Part shown: in pieces, positions 16,604-26,923 of the stretch
How positions within the stretch are numbered: position 1 is the stretch's first letter
Layout: every line of letters starts with the position of its first letter
Source of the DNA: Desulfobacterales bacterium
GTDB lineage: Bacteria; Desulfobacterota; Desulfobacteria; Desulfobacterales; UBA2245
Assembly (NCBI GenBank): GCA_040771865.1
Contig: JAXGZF010000005.1
Coordinates: forward strand, 1 to 64,000
Direction: 5' to 3'
DNA length: 64,000 bases
Position numbers and translations under genes: made by a program
The notes under the pieces: generated by a model
Told to the model about the DNA's origin: nothing
What the model saw: the letters and a program-made list of their open reading frames with translations, nothing else
The model's database searches: none

Positions 16604-18532
16604 TCAGGACGGCTGCCGATGCATTCCGGGTCCGGAATTGCCGGCCTGAAGAGAGATCTCTTCGAGCTGTTCCCAGCGGGCATAGGCCGCTTCAAGGTCC
16701 TGCTCCAGTTTTTCAAGTTCGGTCTGCATGCGGGCGATTCCGTTTCCTGAGGTTTTATAGAGTTCAGGATCGGCCATGGCAATAAAAAGTTCGGTTTTCC
16801 GGGCTTCCAGGGATTCGATCGTTTCCGGCAGTTTTTCGAGTTCGCGCTGCTCCTTGAAGGTGAGCTTTCGTATGCTTGCGGGAGCGCTTTTGGGTCTGGG
16901 CTTTTTGGAGGGCGGCTTTGGAGCGGATGGTTCGGGCTCCGGCCGCTGGTTCAGCCAGTCGTCATAACCGCCCGCGTACTGACGAACCCTTCCCCGGCCT
17001 TCAAAAACCAGGGTGGATGCGGCCACGTTGTTCAGAAAGGTTCGGTCATGGCTGACCATCAGAACCGTTCCCGCATAATCGACCAGCATGGCCTCGAGAA
17101 GTTCCAGTGATTCCACATCCAGGTCGTTGGTGGGCTCGTCGAGAACCAGCACGTTGGACGGCCTTGTGAACAGCCTGGCCAGAAGCAGACGGTTGCGCTC
17201 TCCGCCGGAAAGGCGGGAGATGGGCGCCCGGGCCTGGTCGGGTGAAAACAGAAAATCCTGAAGATAGCCGATCACGTGCCGGGCCCTGCCGTTGACCACC
17301 ACCGTGTCGCCGTCCTCGACCACGTTCTGCTGAACGGTTCTGCTTTCATCGAGACGGGCCCTGAGCTGGTCGAAATAGGCGATCTGAAGACGGGTTCCAT
17401 GGCGTACAAAGCCGCTATCCGGCGCGATTTCGCCCAGCAGGATGCGCAGCAGGGTGGTTTTGCCGCATCCGTTGGGCCCGATGACGCCCACCTTGTCGCC
17501 CCGCATGATGGTTGCTGAAAAATTTTCGATCAGCGGGCGGTCTTCGAAGGAAAAGCAAAGATTTTCGGCATGAATGACCAGACGGCCCGAACGCTCGGCC
17601 TCCTGCTGCAGGAACCTTATATTTCCGCTCCGGGACCGGCGTTTTGCAAACTCTTCCCGCAATTTCACAAGCGCCCGCACCCGGCCCTCGTTGCGGGTGC
17701 GTCTGGCCTTGACTCCCTGCCGGATCCAGGCCTCTTCGCGCTGAAGTTTTCTGTCGAATTCCGCGTTCCGGGTTTCCTCGTTTTCGATCATGGCCTGTTT
17801 TCGGGTCAGATAGCGTTCGTAGCCGCCGGCAAAGGAGATCAGGGTCCCGCGGTCCAGCTCCACAATCCGGGTGGCCAGGCGCTTGAGAAAGGCGCGGTCG
17901 TGCGTGACAAAAACCAGGGTTCCGGCCGATTTCAGCAGATAGTCCTCCATCCACGCGATGGATTCGATATCCAGGTGGTTGGTCGGCTCGTCCAGCAGCA
18001 GAATGTCGGGATCACTCACCAATGCCCGGGCCAGGTGCGCCCGGCGTTTATAACCGGCCGAGAGCGTTTCGCAGCGCGTGTCGGCATTCAGACCCATGCG
18101 GGAGATGACGCTTTGAACCCGCTGGTGAAGCTGCCAGGCGCCGGCGGCATCAAGATCCTGCTCAATTTCGTTCAGGCATTCCAGGCCGGACGGATCGGAG
18201 TTTTCCTCAAGCGTCAGGCTGAGCCGGCGATGCTTCTTGAGCAATGCCGCATGATCCGGTTGACCGGATGCGGCGACCTCGTAAATCGTGCCGCTCAGGT
18301 CGGCCGGCGCTTCCTGTATCAGCAGGGCGGTTTTAAGACCCGGAGTTCTGGCGACCGTGCCGCTGTCCGGCAGGAGTTCACCGTGAATCAGTCTCAGCAG
18401 GGTGGACTTGCCCGCGCCGTTCCGTCCGATGACGCAGATCCTTTCTCCGGCTTCGATCTGAAGATCCGCGTTTTCGATCAGGGCCGGATCGCCGAAGCCG
18501 ATTCCGACATTTTTTAAGCTTATCAAGGCCAT
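16604..18532 (-). CDS. uup: ABC-F family ATPase Uup
   Basis: Two ABC cassettes (GRNGAGKST, GPNGCGKTT, LDEPTN x2), 'WIRQGVKARRTRNEGRVRAL' linker and C-terminal coiled coil 'KLTFKEQRELE'. Confidence 0.93.
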   Translation of the reverse strand: MALISLKNVGIGFGDPALIENADLQIEAGERICVIGRNGAGKSTLLRLIHGELLPDSGTVARTPGLKTALLIQEAPADLSGTIYEVAASGQPDHAALLKKHRRLSLTLEENSDPSGLECLNEIEQDLDAAGAWQLHQRVQSVISRMGLNADTRCETLSAGYKRRAHLARALVSDPDILLLDEPTNHLDIESIAWMEDYLLKSAGTLVFVTHDRAFLKRLATRIVELDRGTLISFAGGYERYLTRKQAMIENEETRNAEFDRKLQREEAWIRQGVKARRTRNEGRVRALVKLREEFAKRRSRSGNIRFLQQEAERSGRLVIHAENLCFSFEDRPLIENFSATIMRGDKVGVIGPNGCGKTTLLRILLGEIAPDSGFVRHGTRLQIAYFDQLRARLDESRTVQQNVVEDGDTVVVNGRARHVIGYLQDFLFSPDQARAPISRLSGGERNRLLLARLFTRPSNVLVLDEPTNDLDVESLELLEAMLVDYAGTVLMVSHDRTFLNNVAASTLVFEGRGRVRQYAGGYDDWLNQRPEPEPSAPKPPSKKPRPKSAPASIRKLTFKEQRELEKLPETIESLEARKTELFIAMADPELYKTSGNGIARMQTELEKLEQDLEAAYARWEQLEEISLQAGNSGPGMHRQPS

Positions 18533-19273
18533 TTACTCGGCTCTTTCATCGAATTCGGGCAGGGGGCAGGCGCGGCCTTTCACATAGGCCTCGTCCGGTT
18601 CGAGGTTTTTCCCTTCGGCGGCCTGAACGGCCAGGGCGTCGCAGCGCTCGTTTTCCGGGTGTCCGGCATGGCCGCGCACCCAGACAAACCGCACCCGGTG
18701 AAACTCGCACAGTTCCAGGAGTCTTGCCCAGAGGTCGCAGTTTTCGGCGCGCTCGCTTTTCGTGCGCATCCAGTTGTTGGCCCTCCATTTTCGGGCCCAG
18801 CCCAGGGAGATGCCGTTGACCACGTAGCGTGAATCGCTGTGAAGCACGATGTCGGAGGGCGTTTTAATGGCTTCAAGCGCCGCGATGCAGGCCATCAGTT
18901 CCATGCGGTTGTTGGTGGTCCGCGCAAATCCCCGGCAAATCTCGGTCCGTTCATTCCGGTCAACGATGATTGCCGCATATCCGCCGGGCCCGGGATTTCC
19001 CCGGCTGCTTCCGTCGGTGTAAACGAAAATTGCGCCGGCGGGCGTTTCGACGGCTTCGCCCTGGACTGGAAGACGGTCGGTTCCGGCCGGCGCGCTGGCA
19101 TAAGACGGATTTTGAATCCATTGACGGGCCTCGTCCTCGGTCTCAAAACCCTTGAACCTGGCGCCGGCGTAGCCGCGAACCTGGACCTCGGCGCCGTCCG
19201 GTCCGAACCAGGCGGTATAGATGCCGGGCTTCCGGCCCCTGGCAACCGCATAATATTTTTTGGGTTTTCCCAT
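18533..19273 (-). CDS. rnhA: Ribonuclease HI with an N-terminal hybrid-binding (Cauli_VI-type) domain
   Basis: KYYAVARGRKPGIY N-domain; YTDGSSRGNPGPGG, TTNNRMEL, DSRYV, WVRGHAGHPENERCD. Confidence 0.95.
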   Translation of the reverse strand: MGKPKKYYAVARGRKPGIYTAWFGPDGAEVQVRGYAGARFKGFETEDEARQWIQNPSYASAPAGTDRLPVQGEAVETPAGAIFVYTDGSSRGNPGPGGYAAIIVDRNERTEICRGFARTTNNRMELMACIAALEAIKTPSDIVLHSDSRYVVNGISLGWARKWRANNWMRTKSERAENCDLWARLLELCEFHRVRFVWVRGHAGHPENERCDALAVQAAEGKNLEPDEAYVKGRACPLPEFDERAE

Positions 19274-19541
19274 GCGATGCTTCCTTTAGATCCGCAAGGT
19301 ATTTCGAACTGAGAATCCGGTTGTTTCCGGCGTTCGTCCCGTCCATTCATCATGGTCGTCACCAAGCTGATGAATGAGGGGATGAGTTTAGTACAATTTG
19401 GCAATTTATGCCACAGGCGGGTTTGATTGAAATTTCAACCATGGGCATGGTTTGACATCAACGGTTGTCAAGGGCGGGATTGGCGCTTTTACGCTCAAAG
19501 CGCGTCCGGTCTTCGAGGGAATAAATGAGCATCATCGCCGG

Positions 19542-20279
19542 TTACGAGATATGTTTTTGAATGTACTGCATCAGGATTTTTCCTTCGGAGAAATCCGGGT
19601 TGATTTTGATGCCGGTTTCAATGGCGTTCCGGGCTTGAATCCATTCGCCCTTTTCAATATAGACCCTTGAAAGATTGTAGTGAAGACCCTCGTCTTCCGG
19701 TTCCAGAAAAATGGCGTTTCGAAACGCCTGGATCGCCTCGTCCAGGAGACCCTGTTTGCGAAAGGCAATTCCCTGATCATTGTAAGACTGCATCAGATGG
19801 GAGGCGATTTCCTCATTCTTGCCGATTCGATCCCTGGCTTCGCTCAACTTTCCTTTTTCGATCAGAATCTGGATTTCTCGAATACGGGCGTCAAAATCTT
19901 CGCTTTTCAGAACATGATCGACAGAGGGTTTGTCAACTTTTTGACTATCTTGAAGCGGGGATGCTATTTCTTCTTCTTTAACGTGAATCAGCTGTTTTAA
20001 AAACGCCAATGCGGTCTGAATGTCGTTGTCGCGAAAGGTGACCGGCCCGTAAATATCCCTGAAAGCCTGAGCCTGTGAGAGGGAGGCCTGGTATTCGTTG
20101 ATCTCTTGGGTCAGGGATTTTTTGTCCGAGGCCAGCATCGGCGTTGCCAGTGTTTTTTCAAGCACTTCCCGAAAGAGGGTGATGCAGGAAAAAATATTTT
20201 TTCTGAGCAGCTGGACTTTGCATTCGTCGAGTTTTTTGAAAATGATTTCCACCCGTTCTCGTTTAATATCGTCCTCCAT
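19542..20279 (-). CDS. Tetratricopeptide repeat protein
   Basis: RBS aaggagg; 'YNDQGIAFRKQGLLDEAIQAFRNAIFLEPEDEGLHYNLSRVY' TPR motifs. Confidence 0.85.
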   Translation of the reverse strand: MEDDIKRERVEIIFKKLDECKVQLLRKNIFSCITLFREVLEKTLATPMLASDKKSLTQEINEYQASLSQAQAFRDIYGPVTFRDNDIQTALAFLKQLIHVKEEEIASPLQDSQKVDKPSVDHVLKSEDFDARIREIQILIEKGKLSEARDRIGKNEEIASHLMQSYNDQGIAFRKQGLLDEAIQAFRNAIFLEPEDEGLHYNLSRVYIEKGEWIQARNAIETGIKINPDFSEGKILMQYIQKHIS

Positions 20280-20445
20280 CAAGCCTCCTTCTGCTATCTC
20301 AGGCAGCTGTTATTGCCGCGAGGCGCCGCCGAAATATTATTATCTGAAAAAAAACCGAAAGTCGAGAGATTGTTTTCAACTATGTATTTGATTTGTCAAT
20401 ACAAAGATGTATTCCGCAACCGGGTTAAAAAAATGGAAAAAAATC

Positions 20446-20472
20446 TAAAGTTTTTTTTCAGAAAACCGATAA
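20446..20472 (+). promoter_or_regulatory. sigma28 (FliA)-type promoter
   Basis: TAAA-N15-ACCGATAA (consensus TAAA-N15-GCCGATAA), 60 bp upstream of the 20533 ORF. Confidence 0.75.
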
Positions 20473-20532
20473 CAAGATCAAAGAAGAGTACCTATGTAGA
20501 AACATTCCAGATGATCCGGACGAGGTGGGGGA

Positions 20533-20748
20533 ATGACGATCACAGCTTATCAGGTTGACAGCGTAATCAAGGCCTATCAGAAACACAATCGGGCCGAACC
20601 CAGGAGTTCCGGCGCGAACGCGGAAGACATGCGAAGCCCGGTCCGGGGCGACGTGGTATCCATTTCCGGCAAGCCGGAGGTCCGCGCCGAAGCCTACGAA
20701 AAAATTTCTTATAGCCTTAAGGATATACTGATTCATGGCCCCAGATGA
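20533..20748 (+). CDS. Small protein resembling the DVU0524-family FlgM-associated proteins
   Basis: RBS gaggtgggg; 'MTITAYQVDSVIKAYQK...DVVSISGK' resembles that family and the FlgM D.V.IS motif; sigma28 promoter upstream. Confidence 0.6.
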   Translation: MTITAYQVDSVIKAYQKHNRAEPRSSGANAEDMRSPVRGDVVSISGKPEVRAEAYEKISYSLKDILIHGPR

Positions 20749-20808
20749 TGGAGGCTGTTGGAATCGTCAACGGTCGAAATGGCATTTTTCTGTTCATGAG
20801 CTGATGTT

Positions 20809-22284
20809 ATGTTGATGCTTTGGGGACAATCGCCGGCGCAGCCGAAAAAAATACTGGTCGTGGATGATCATGTTCCCATGCGCAAGCTGATCGCGGAAGC
20901 CCTGGGACAAACGTCCAATTACCAGATCAGAGAGGCCCGGAACGGCCAGGAAGCTTTGGATGTTTTGAAGCAGGACAGCTTCGATCTGGTCATCAGCGAC
21001 GTGATGATGCCCGGCATGGGCGGATTGGAGTTGCTCAACCACATTCGGGCCATACAATCGACCATACCCGTAATCATGGTGACCGCTCATCCGGCCACGG
21101 ATCTGACGGTATCCGCCATGAAGAACGGGGCGGTGGATTTCCTGCCGAAACCCTTTGATATTGATGAACTGACATTCAAAGTCGGTCTTTATCTTAAAGA
21201 AAAAGCCTTTCTGGATGAAACCGAGAAGCGCAAAAAAGATACGGTTCTGGAGCTGAAGGCCAAGACCGAGGAATTGTCCCTGAGAAGTTACATCTATGAC
21301 GCCATTGAAAGCGGCGCCGGCGATACCGACCGCGTTTTCGAACATATCGTTGATCTGGCGCTCAAGGTCGTGGAAGGAGATTGCTCCCTGCTGGCGTTTT
21401 TTGACGATGCGAGCAAGGAGTTTTATCCCAAGGTTTTCAGCGGAAATCATGATCGGGCGGTGGTCGAAGCAACGGTCAAAAAGCTCAAAGATCTTCTCGG
21501 CGAGGTTGTGGAAAGAAAGGAAGCGCTTCTCATTCATTCCGAAAAAAGATCGGAGATCGCCCCCTCGCTGATCTGTGCTCCGCTGCTGATTCGAGGATAT
21601 GTCTTCGGAGTTTTGTGCGTTCGAAAAAAACAATACCGGGAGGCGTTTACCCAGAAGGATCTCCATTATATTCTCAGCCTTACCAAGCGCGCATCCCTGA
21701 ATATCGAGAACAAGATGCTTTATGAGAGCATCTACAGCAACCTGCTGAACACCTTTAAATCCTTGGTGACGTCCATTCAGACCCGTGATTCTTATACAGA
21801 GGAACATTCATTCCGCATGTGCCAGCGTGCGGTCGAGGTGGCCAGGGCCATGCAGTGCGCCGATGATCAGATCGAATCTCTTCAAATTGCCGGCTGGCTG
21901 CATGATGTGGGGAAAATCGCCATCCCCGACAGCGTGCTGATGAAGCCGGGCCGGTTGACGGACGAGGAATACGCCATTATCAAAACCCATCCGGATCTCG
22001 GCGTTCAAATCATTCGGCATGTGATTCTGTTTGAGCGCGAGGTGACCCTTATCCAGCATCATCACGAGCGCTGGGACGGAAGAGGGTATCCTCACGGAAT
22101 TTCCGGCGAACAGATTCCTCTTGAATCCCGGATTCTGGCCGTCACCGATACCTTTGACGCCATGACCAACAATCGTCCCTACCGCAAGGCCCTGAGCGTG
22201 GAGACTGCCGTGGAGGAACTGAAAAAAAACAAATGGACCCAGTTTGACGGAAACGTTGTGGACGCCTTCCTGACCACGCTGTGA
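20809..22284 (+). CDS. Response regulator with receiver, GAF-like and HD-GYP (c-di-GMP phosphodiesterase) domains
   Basis: ILVVDD...ISDVMMPGMGG...KPF receiver; LHDVGKIAIPD and HHHERWDGRGYP HD-GYP motifs. Confidence 0.92.
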   Translation: MLMLWGQSPAQPKKILVVDDHVPMRKLIAEALGQTSNYQIREARNGQEALDVLKQDSFDLVISDVMMPGMGGLELLNHIRAIQSTIPVIMVTAHPATDLTVSAMKNGAVDFLPKPFDIDELTFKVGLYLKEKAFLDETEKRKKDTVLELKAKTEELSLRSYIYDAIESGAGDTDRVFEHIVDLALKVVEGDCSLLAFFDDASKEFYPKVFSGNHDRAVVEATVKKLKDLLGEVVERKEALLIHSEKRSEIAPSLICAPLLIRGYVFGVLCVRKKQYREAFTQKDLHYILSLTKRASLNIENKMLYESIYSNLLNTFKSLVTSIQTRDSYTEEHSFRMCQRAVEVARAMQCADDQIESLQIAGWLHDVGKIAIPDSVLMKPGRLTDEEYAIIKTHPDLGVQIIRHVILFEREVTLIQHHHERWDGRGYPHGISGEQIPLESRILAVTDTFDAMTNNRPYRKALSVETAVEELKKNKWTQFDGNVVDAFLTTL

Positions 22285-22338
22285 GCATCGTTTCAAAAAA
22301 TTCCATCCCTCGTTTTTTTGCTGTTCTGAAGACTGATA

Positions 22339-22354
22339 TGGCACGGAAATTGTT
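22339..22354 (+). promoter_or_regulatory. Possible sigma54 promoter (imperfect -12) for the lytic transglycosylase
   Basis: TGGCAC-GGAAA-TTGTT: perfect -24 box, but TTGT instead of TTGC at -12. Confidence 0.45.
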
Positions 22355-22383
22355 TCCATTAATAAGAAACACCCGAATGGAGC

Positions 22384-23139
22384 ATGATCATGGCCATACC
22401 CATCAATTCCGATCCTTTTTTACCTCAGGTTCCAACGCATAGCGGCTGCGGGCAGTATCTTCTTCAAAAATACGACGCAAATCAAACCCGGCACTTTTCG
22501 ACGATTCTTGGAGAGGCCTTTTTAAGCCGCAGCGATCCAGGCCCTTGCCTGACCGCAACAGTTGAAAGCCTTGTTCTCGCGATGCTGCGTCAGATGAGGG
22601 CGGGTGCGTCTGTTCCTGAGACCCTGAACCCGACCGTTGTCAAATCCCCTTGCCTGACTTGTTCCGGAACTGTGAATGCTTCCCCTGAACCGGTTGATGA
22701 ATCAGACGAGCGCCAAGGAGGTCTTCAGGCGGATGCGGAAAGCAAAAGCGATTTTCGAGCCGATCTGAACGATATCATTCAAAAAGCTTCACAAGCCCAT
22801 AACGTGGATGCGGGACTGATATCCGCCGTGATTCGAGCGGAAAGCAACTTCGACCCTGCCGGCACCTCTTGCAAGGGGGCCATGGGCCTCATGCAGCTGA
22901 TGCCGGAGACAGCCAGGGAGCTTGGCGTTGAGAACCCGTATGATCCGGAAGAAAACGTCATGGGAGGGGTCCGATATCTCAGGTCGCTTCTGAACCGATA
23001 CGCCGGAAACGTGAAGGATGCATTGGCGGCTTACAACTGGGGAATGGGAAACCTGGAAAGAAATCCCGGACGACTTCCTGCGGAAACGCGCGGATATATC
23101 GCCAAGGTTATGAAATATTACGAAGGCGTTTCAGTATAA
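22384..23139 (+). CDS. Lytic transglycosylase (SLT domain)
   Basis: AVIRAESNF, GAMGLMQLMP and ALAAYNWG motifs. Confidence 0.9.
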   Translation: MIMAIPINSDPFLPQVPTHSGCGQYLLQKYDANQTRHFSTILGEAFLSRSDPGPCLTATVESLVLAMLRQMRAGASVPETLNPTVVKSPCLTCSGTVNASPEPVDESDERQGGLQADAESKSDFRADLNDIIQKASQAHNVDAGLISAVIRAESNFDPAGTSCKGAMGLMQLMPETARELGVENPYDPEENVMGGVRYLRSLLNRYAGNVKDALAAYNWGMGNLERNPGRLPAETRGYIAKVMKYYEGVSV

Positions 23140-23234
23140 GCCTGTCGCGTTTTCTTTCTCGAAGCCCCGACGAAATATGATACGGGCGGATTGAACGCTG
23201 TGGCGGAGTCATGCGGAAGAAGGCACATCCAAAC

Positions 23235-25190
23235 TCAGGATTCCTGAGCCAGTATTTTTTCCACCATGCGGGACAGTTCCTGAATGCGGTAGGGTTTTTG
23301 AATAAATCCCGCTTTTCCGGTCTGAAGCATTCGATCGATCTGATCCGACTTGTAGAATCCGCTTGAAAGAAGCACTTTCATTTCCGGATGCTGGGCTCGA
23401 ATGCGTTGGAATACCTCCTCGCCTCCCATAACCGGCATCACCAGATCAAGAATGACCAGATCGATTCCGTGAGCGGAATCCCTGACAATTTTTAAAGCCT
23501 GCCTGCCGCTGTTGGCAACTATAACACGGTATCCGAGGCTTTCAAGAAGTTCCTGGGTAACATCGGATATGGTTTCTTCGTCATCGACAACCAGAATCGT
23601 ATGCCGCACCTGTGCTCTTGAAACATGATCACGGTCTGCTGAGGCCGGAAGGGATTCCGCTGCAGGCAGATAAATTTCAAAAGTCGCGCCCTGACCCGGC
23701 TCGGAAATAACCTCGATATAACCGCGATGACTTTTGACGATGCCGTAGACTGCGGCCATTCCCAGGCCGACGCCTCTTCCCATGGCGCGGGTGCTGAAGA
23801 AGGGCTCGAAAACGCGTTCCCTGGTTTCTTTATCCATTCCAATGCCGGTGTCGGAAACGGAAATTTTGACGTAACGGCCAGGCGCGCATTGAGCGTTCAG
23901 CTTACCGGGCTCAAGAAATTCAACATTTTCCGTTTTCAGCAGAAGGGTTCCTCCTTTCGGCATGGCCCGATCTGCGTTGATGAAAAGATTCATCAGGGAT
24001 TGTTCCATCTGCCTCTGGTCCGCTTCTACGTGCCAGATATCTTCTTCGAGATTCCGTTCAATGACAATCTGCTTGTGGGTGCGGGCAAAGATGGCAAGAC
24101 TCGATTCAATGATGGAATTGACGTTCAAAGGCTTGCATTCGTATTGCCCTTTCTGGGCAAATCCCAGCAGCTGACGAACCAGGTCGGCGCCGCTGTCGAC
24201 CTGTTCCTGAATGTGTGTCAGTCTGGCATGGCAGGGGTGATCCGGGGCAAGGTCCTGAAGGCTCAGGTCAATATTTCCCTGAATTCCCATCAGCAGATTG
24301 TTGAAGTCATGTGCGATTCCGCCGGCCAGCGTTCCGACTGCCTCCATTTTTTGCGCCTGGATGAGCTGGCTTTCAAGATTTTTCTGATCGCTGATGTCCC
24401 GAATTGTCTCGATGGCGCCAATCGTTTCGCCGCTTTTGTTGAGCAGGGCGCAGGCCTTGGCCCACAGGCTGGCCGGCTTTCCCTGTATGCTGTCCAGGGA
24501 GGTTTCAATGACCAGATTGCTGCGCTGCCGGGAAAACAGCCGATACCATTTTTTGATTTCCGAATCGGGTTTTGTTACCAGATCAATCAGAATGGGACGC
24601 CTGTATCCGTAAAAGGCTTCGGCATAAAGATAATCCCCTTTACCGATCATGTTTTTCGCGTCCATACCTGTCATGGTTTCCATGGCGCGGTTCCAGAAGA
24701 CGACCTTTCCGGCGGCATCGATGGCAAAGGTGGGGTCAGGCAGAAAATCGACCAGATCCTGAAGCCCCAGACCGGCGCTCGAGAAATTTTTTTTAATCGG
24801 CTCGTGGGAAAGAACCATTCCGTCAGTGGAATCCATTTGGATCAAGGATGCCGTCACCCGGCAGGGCAACTTTTTTCCCGTCCTGCTGCGGCAGGTGAGT
24901 TCGCAGGTCTGAAATGGTTTTTTTGTTGAAAGGCTGCCGAGTATCGAGGACAGTCGATCCTGAAAATCCGGCTGATCGTACAGGATATCAAAGCCTTTAT
25001 GCAACAGATCCTGCTGCGTCCATTTGAAATGATCCGTGAACGCCTGATTGACAAAAACGATTTCTTGTTGTGAGGCAACTATGATGCCCTGGGCGATGGC
25101 GTTCAATATCGAAAAATCAATATCCATGGATTCACTTCCCGGCATGATGGTGAGGGGGCTTGCCGTGAAATAACGCGATATCCGCGGCAA
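23235..25190 (-). CDS. PAS-domain hybrid sensor histidine kinase/response regulator (true start may be 25145 or 25127)
   Basis: Two PAS domains, 'QAQKMEAVGTLAGGIAHDFNNLL' H-box, DTGIGM and GVGLGM G-boxes, C-terminal receiver. Confidence 0.92.
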   Translation of the reverse strand: MPRISRYFTASPLTIMPGSESMDIDFSILNAIAQGIIVASQQEIVFVNQAFTDHFKWTQQDLLHKGFDILYDQPDFQDRLSSILGSLSTKKPFQTCELTCRSRTGKKLPCRVTASLIQMDSTDGMVLSHEPIKKNFSSAGLGLQDLVDFLPDPTFAIDAAGKVVFWNRAMETMTGMDAKNMIGKGDYLYAEAFYGYRRPILIDLVTKPDSEIKKWYRLFSRQRSNLVIETSLDSIQGKPASLWAKACALLNKSGETIGAIETIRDISDQKNLESQLIQAQKMEAVGTLAGGIAHDFNNLLMGIQGNIDLSLQDLAPDHPCHARLTHIQEQVDSGADLVRQLLGFAQKGQYECKPLNVNSIIESSLAIFARTHKQIVIERNLEEDIWHVEADQRQMEQSLMNLFINADRAMPKGGTLLLKTENVEFLEPGKLNAQCAPGRYVKISVSDTGIGMDKETRERVFEPFFSTRAMGRGVGLGMAAVYGIVKSHRGYIEVISEPGQGATFEIYLPAAESLPASADRDHVSRAQVRHTILVVDDEETISDVTQELLESLGYRVIVANSGRQALKIVRDSAHGIDLVILDLVMPVMGGEEVFQRIRAQHPEMKVLLSSGFYKSDQIDRMLQTGKAGFIQKPYRIQELSRMVEKILAQES

Positions 25191-25209
25191 AACCTTGCAT
25201 TGCCTTTAA

Positions 25210-25352
25210 CAGGCTGTTGAAAAACTGCGCCTGAGGCCGCCATTCAGCGTTGCGCGGCTCTCGCCAATGCTCACATATGCTTGAATATGCTGCGCTTGTC
25301 GTATCGCCGCGCGCCTTGCCTGACGGCCTGATCCTTGTTTTTCAACACCCTG
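25210..25352. mobile_element. 143-bp MITE-like element, copy 1
   Basis: Terminal inverted repeats CAGGCTGTTGAAAAAC / GTTTTTCAACACCCTG (15/16); flanks TTAA / TTGA; 140/143 identical to 28644-28786; no transposase. Confidence 0.85.
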
Positions 25353-25571
25353 TTGAATCGGATCTGATAAGGCTTCCGACGATCGGCAATAACACTTTGA
25401 TATTATTATCTTTGCTATTGGATGCTATCTTGGATTTATATATATGCTGGCACGATAAATATCAAGCAGTTTCAACCGCAGGCTTGTGCCCGGATTTTCG
25501 AATCGGAGTTGAATTGAGTTTCTGCCGTAACGATGTGAATCCGCATGCCTGTCGTAAATTTGAAAAAAATC

Positions 25572-25600
25572 TTGACAAGCCATGGGGGGGTGCGTATTTT
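25572..25600 (+). promoter_or_regulatory. Candidate sigma70 promoter for the DUF134-mrp genes
   Basis: TTGACA-17 nt-TATTTT, 50 bp before the ATG at 25650. Confidence 0.45.
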
Positions 25601-25649
25601 TTGCGTTCGATTATGAGCATTATCTTAAAATTGCTTTCAATAAATCCGT

Positions 25650-25997
25650 ATGGCAAGACCGCGAAAAAACAGAATCATTACCGGCAGTTTGCCAGTTGAT
25701 TATTTCAAGCCTCGAGGAATTCCCCTGGTCGAGCTTGAGGAGGTCAACCTTTCTCTGGATGAGCGCGAAGCCTTGCGTCTAGGGGATCTGCTGGAGATGC
25801 CCTATGAGGATGCCGGAAAAGCCATGGGAATATCCCGGGCAACTTTCGGCAGAATTATCCGGCAGGCCCGAAAGATTGTTTCAAATGCGCTGATCAACGG
25901 CAAAGCCATCCGCATCGAAGGCGGCAGCTGCGCCATTTCAAATGCGCAGAACGCGAATGGCAGTTTTGATTCGGATCCGAAAGGATCTGCCGGTTAA
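25650..25997 (+). CDS. DUF134 family putative DNA-binding protein
   Basis: MARPRKNR...YFKPRGIP..LEEVNLSLDEREALRLGD...AMGISRATFGRII..AR...ALINGKAIRIEGG. Confidence 0.9.
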   Translation: MARPRKNRIITGSLPVDYFKPRGIPLVELEEVNLSLDEREALRLGDLLEMPYEDAGKAMGISRATFGRIIRQARKIVSNALINGKAIRIEGGSCAISNAQNANGSFDSDPKGSAG

Positions 25998-26064
25998 CAA
26001 GAGGGCAACACGCAAGTAATGAAGCGGTTTTTTGTGTCGCAACACTTCAGAGGAGACGCATTCG

Positions 26065-26901
26065 ATGGATCAAAAGAAAACGCCAAAAACCCTGGAAGAA
26101 GAAATTTCAAAAGCCAGTCAGGAGGCCGCATTAAAAGGCTCTCTAAACAAAATTAAACAAAAGTTTCTGGTCATGAGCGGAAAGGGCGGAGTAGGGAAAA
26201 CCAGCGTTTCGATCAACCTGGCCCTTGCGCTTTCCCGAAAAGGTTTCAAGGTCGGCATCATTGATGTGGATATTCACGGACCGGATGTTCCCCGAATGCT
26301 GGGCCTTGACGGCATTCTGACCGTTAATGAAAGGAACCGGGTTATACCGATGCCTTATTCCGACAACCTTTCCGTGATATCCATAGAATCGATGCTTCCC
26401 TCCAAGGATGAAGCGATCATATGGCGAGGTGCGATGAAGCATTCGGCCATTCGGCAGTTTATCGGTGATGTGGAATGGGGAGATCTGGATTTTCTGATTA
26501 TCGATTCTCCGCCGGGCACCGGAGACGAGCCGCTGACCATAGCGCAGACGATACCGGAAGCCAAGGCCATTATCGTGACCACTCCTCAGGAGGTGTCTCT
26601 GGCTGACGTGAGAAAATCCATCAGTTTCTGCAAAAAGGTCGGGCTCGATATTTTCGGGCTGGTCGAGAATATGAGCGGTTTCACCTGCCCGCATTGCGGC
26701 GAGTCATTTGATCTGTTCGGTTCCGGCGGCGGAAAAAGAACAGCCGATGAGACCGGCATCTCCTTTCTGGGACGCATTCCTTTTGATATGAACATGGTTG
26801 CGTGCAGCGATACCGGAGTCTCCTTTCAGGAAAAATATGTCGATTCGCTTGTGACCCGGGCATTTGACCGGATTGCCGACAAAATGGCCGGCGAGCTGTA
26901 A
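26065..26901 (+). CDS. mrp: Mrp/NBP35 (ApbC) Fe-S cluster carrier ATPase
   Basis: SGKGGVGKT, DVDIHGP, IIWRG, DSPPGTGDE, ENMSGFTCPHC; RBS aggag before the ATG at 26065. Confidence 0.93.
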   Translation: MDQKKTPKTLEEEISKASQEAALKGSLNKIKQKFLVMSGKGGVGKTSVSINLALALSRKGFKVGIIDVDIHGPDVPRMLGLDGILTVNERNRVIPMPYSDNLSVISIESMLPSKDEAIIWRGAMKHSAIRQFIGDVEWGDLDFLIIDSPPGTGDEPLTIAQTIPEAKAIIVTTPQEVSLADVRKSISFCKKVGLDIFGLVENMSGFTCPHCGESFDLFGSGGGKRTADETGISFLGRIPFDMNMVACSDTGVSFQEKYVDSLVTRAFDRIADKMAGEL

Positions 26902-26923
26902 GATATTTTATTCCGCAGTTTTG

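Noticed and set aside
25250..25699. 149-aa ORF starting within MITE copy 1 (also 28769-28951 from copy 2)
   Set aside because: These begin in repeat sequence and run across promoter or terminator DNA; probably spurious.
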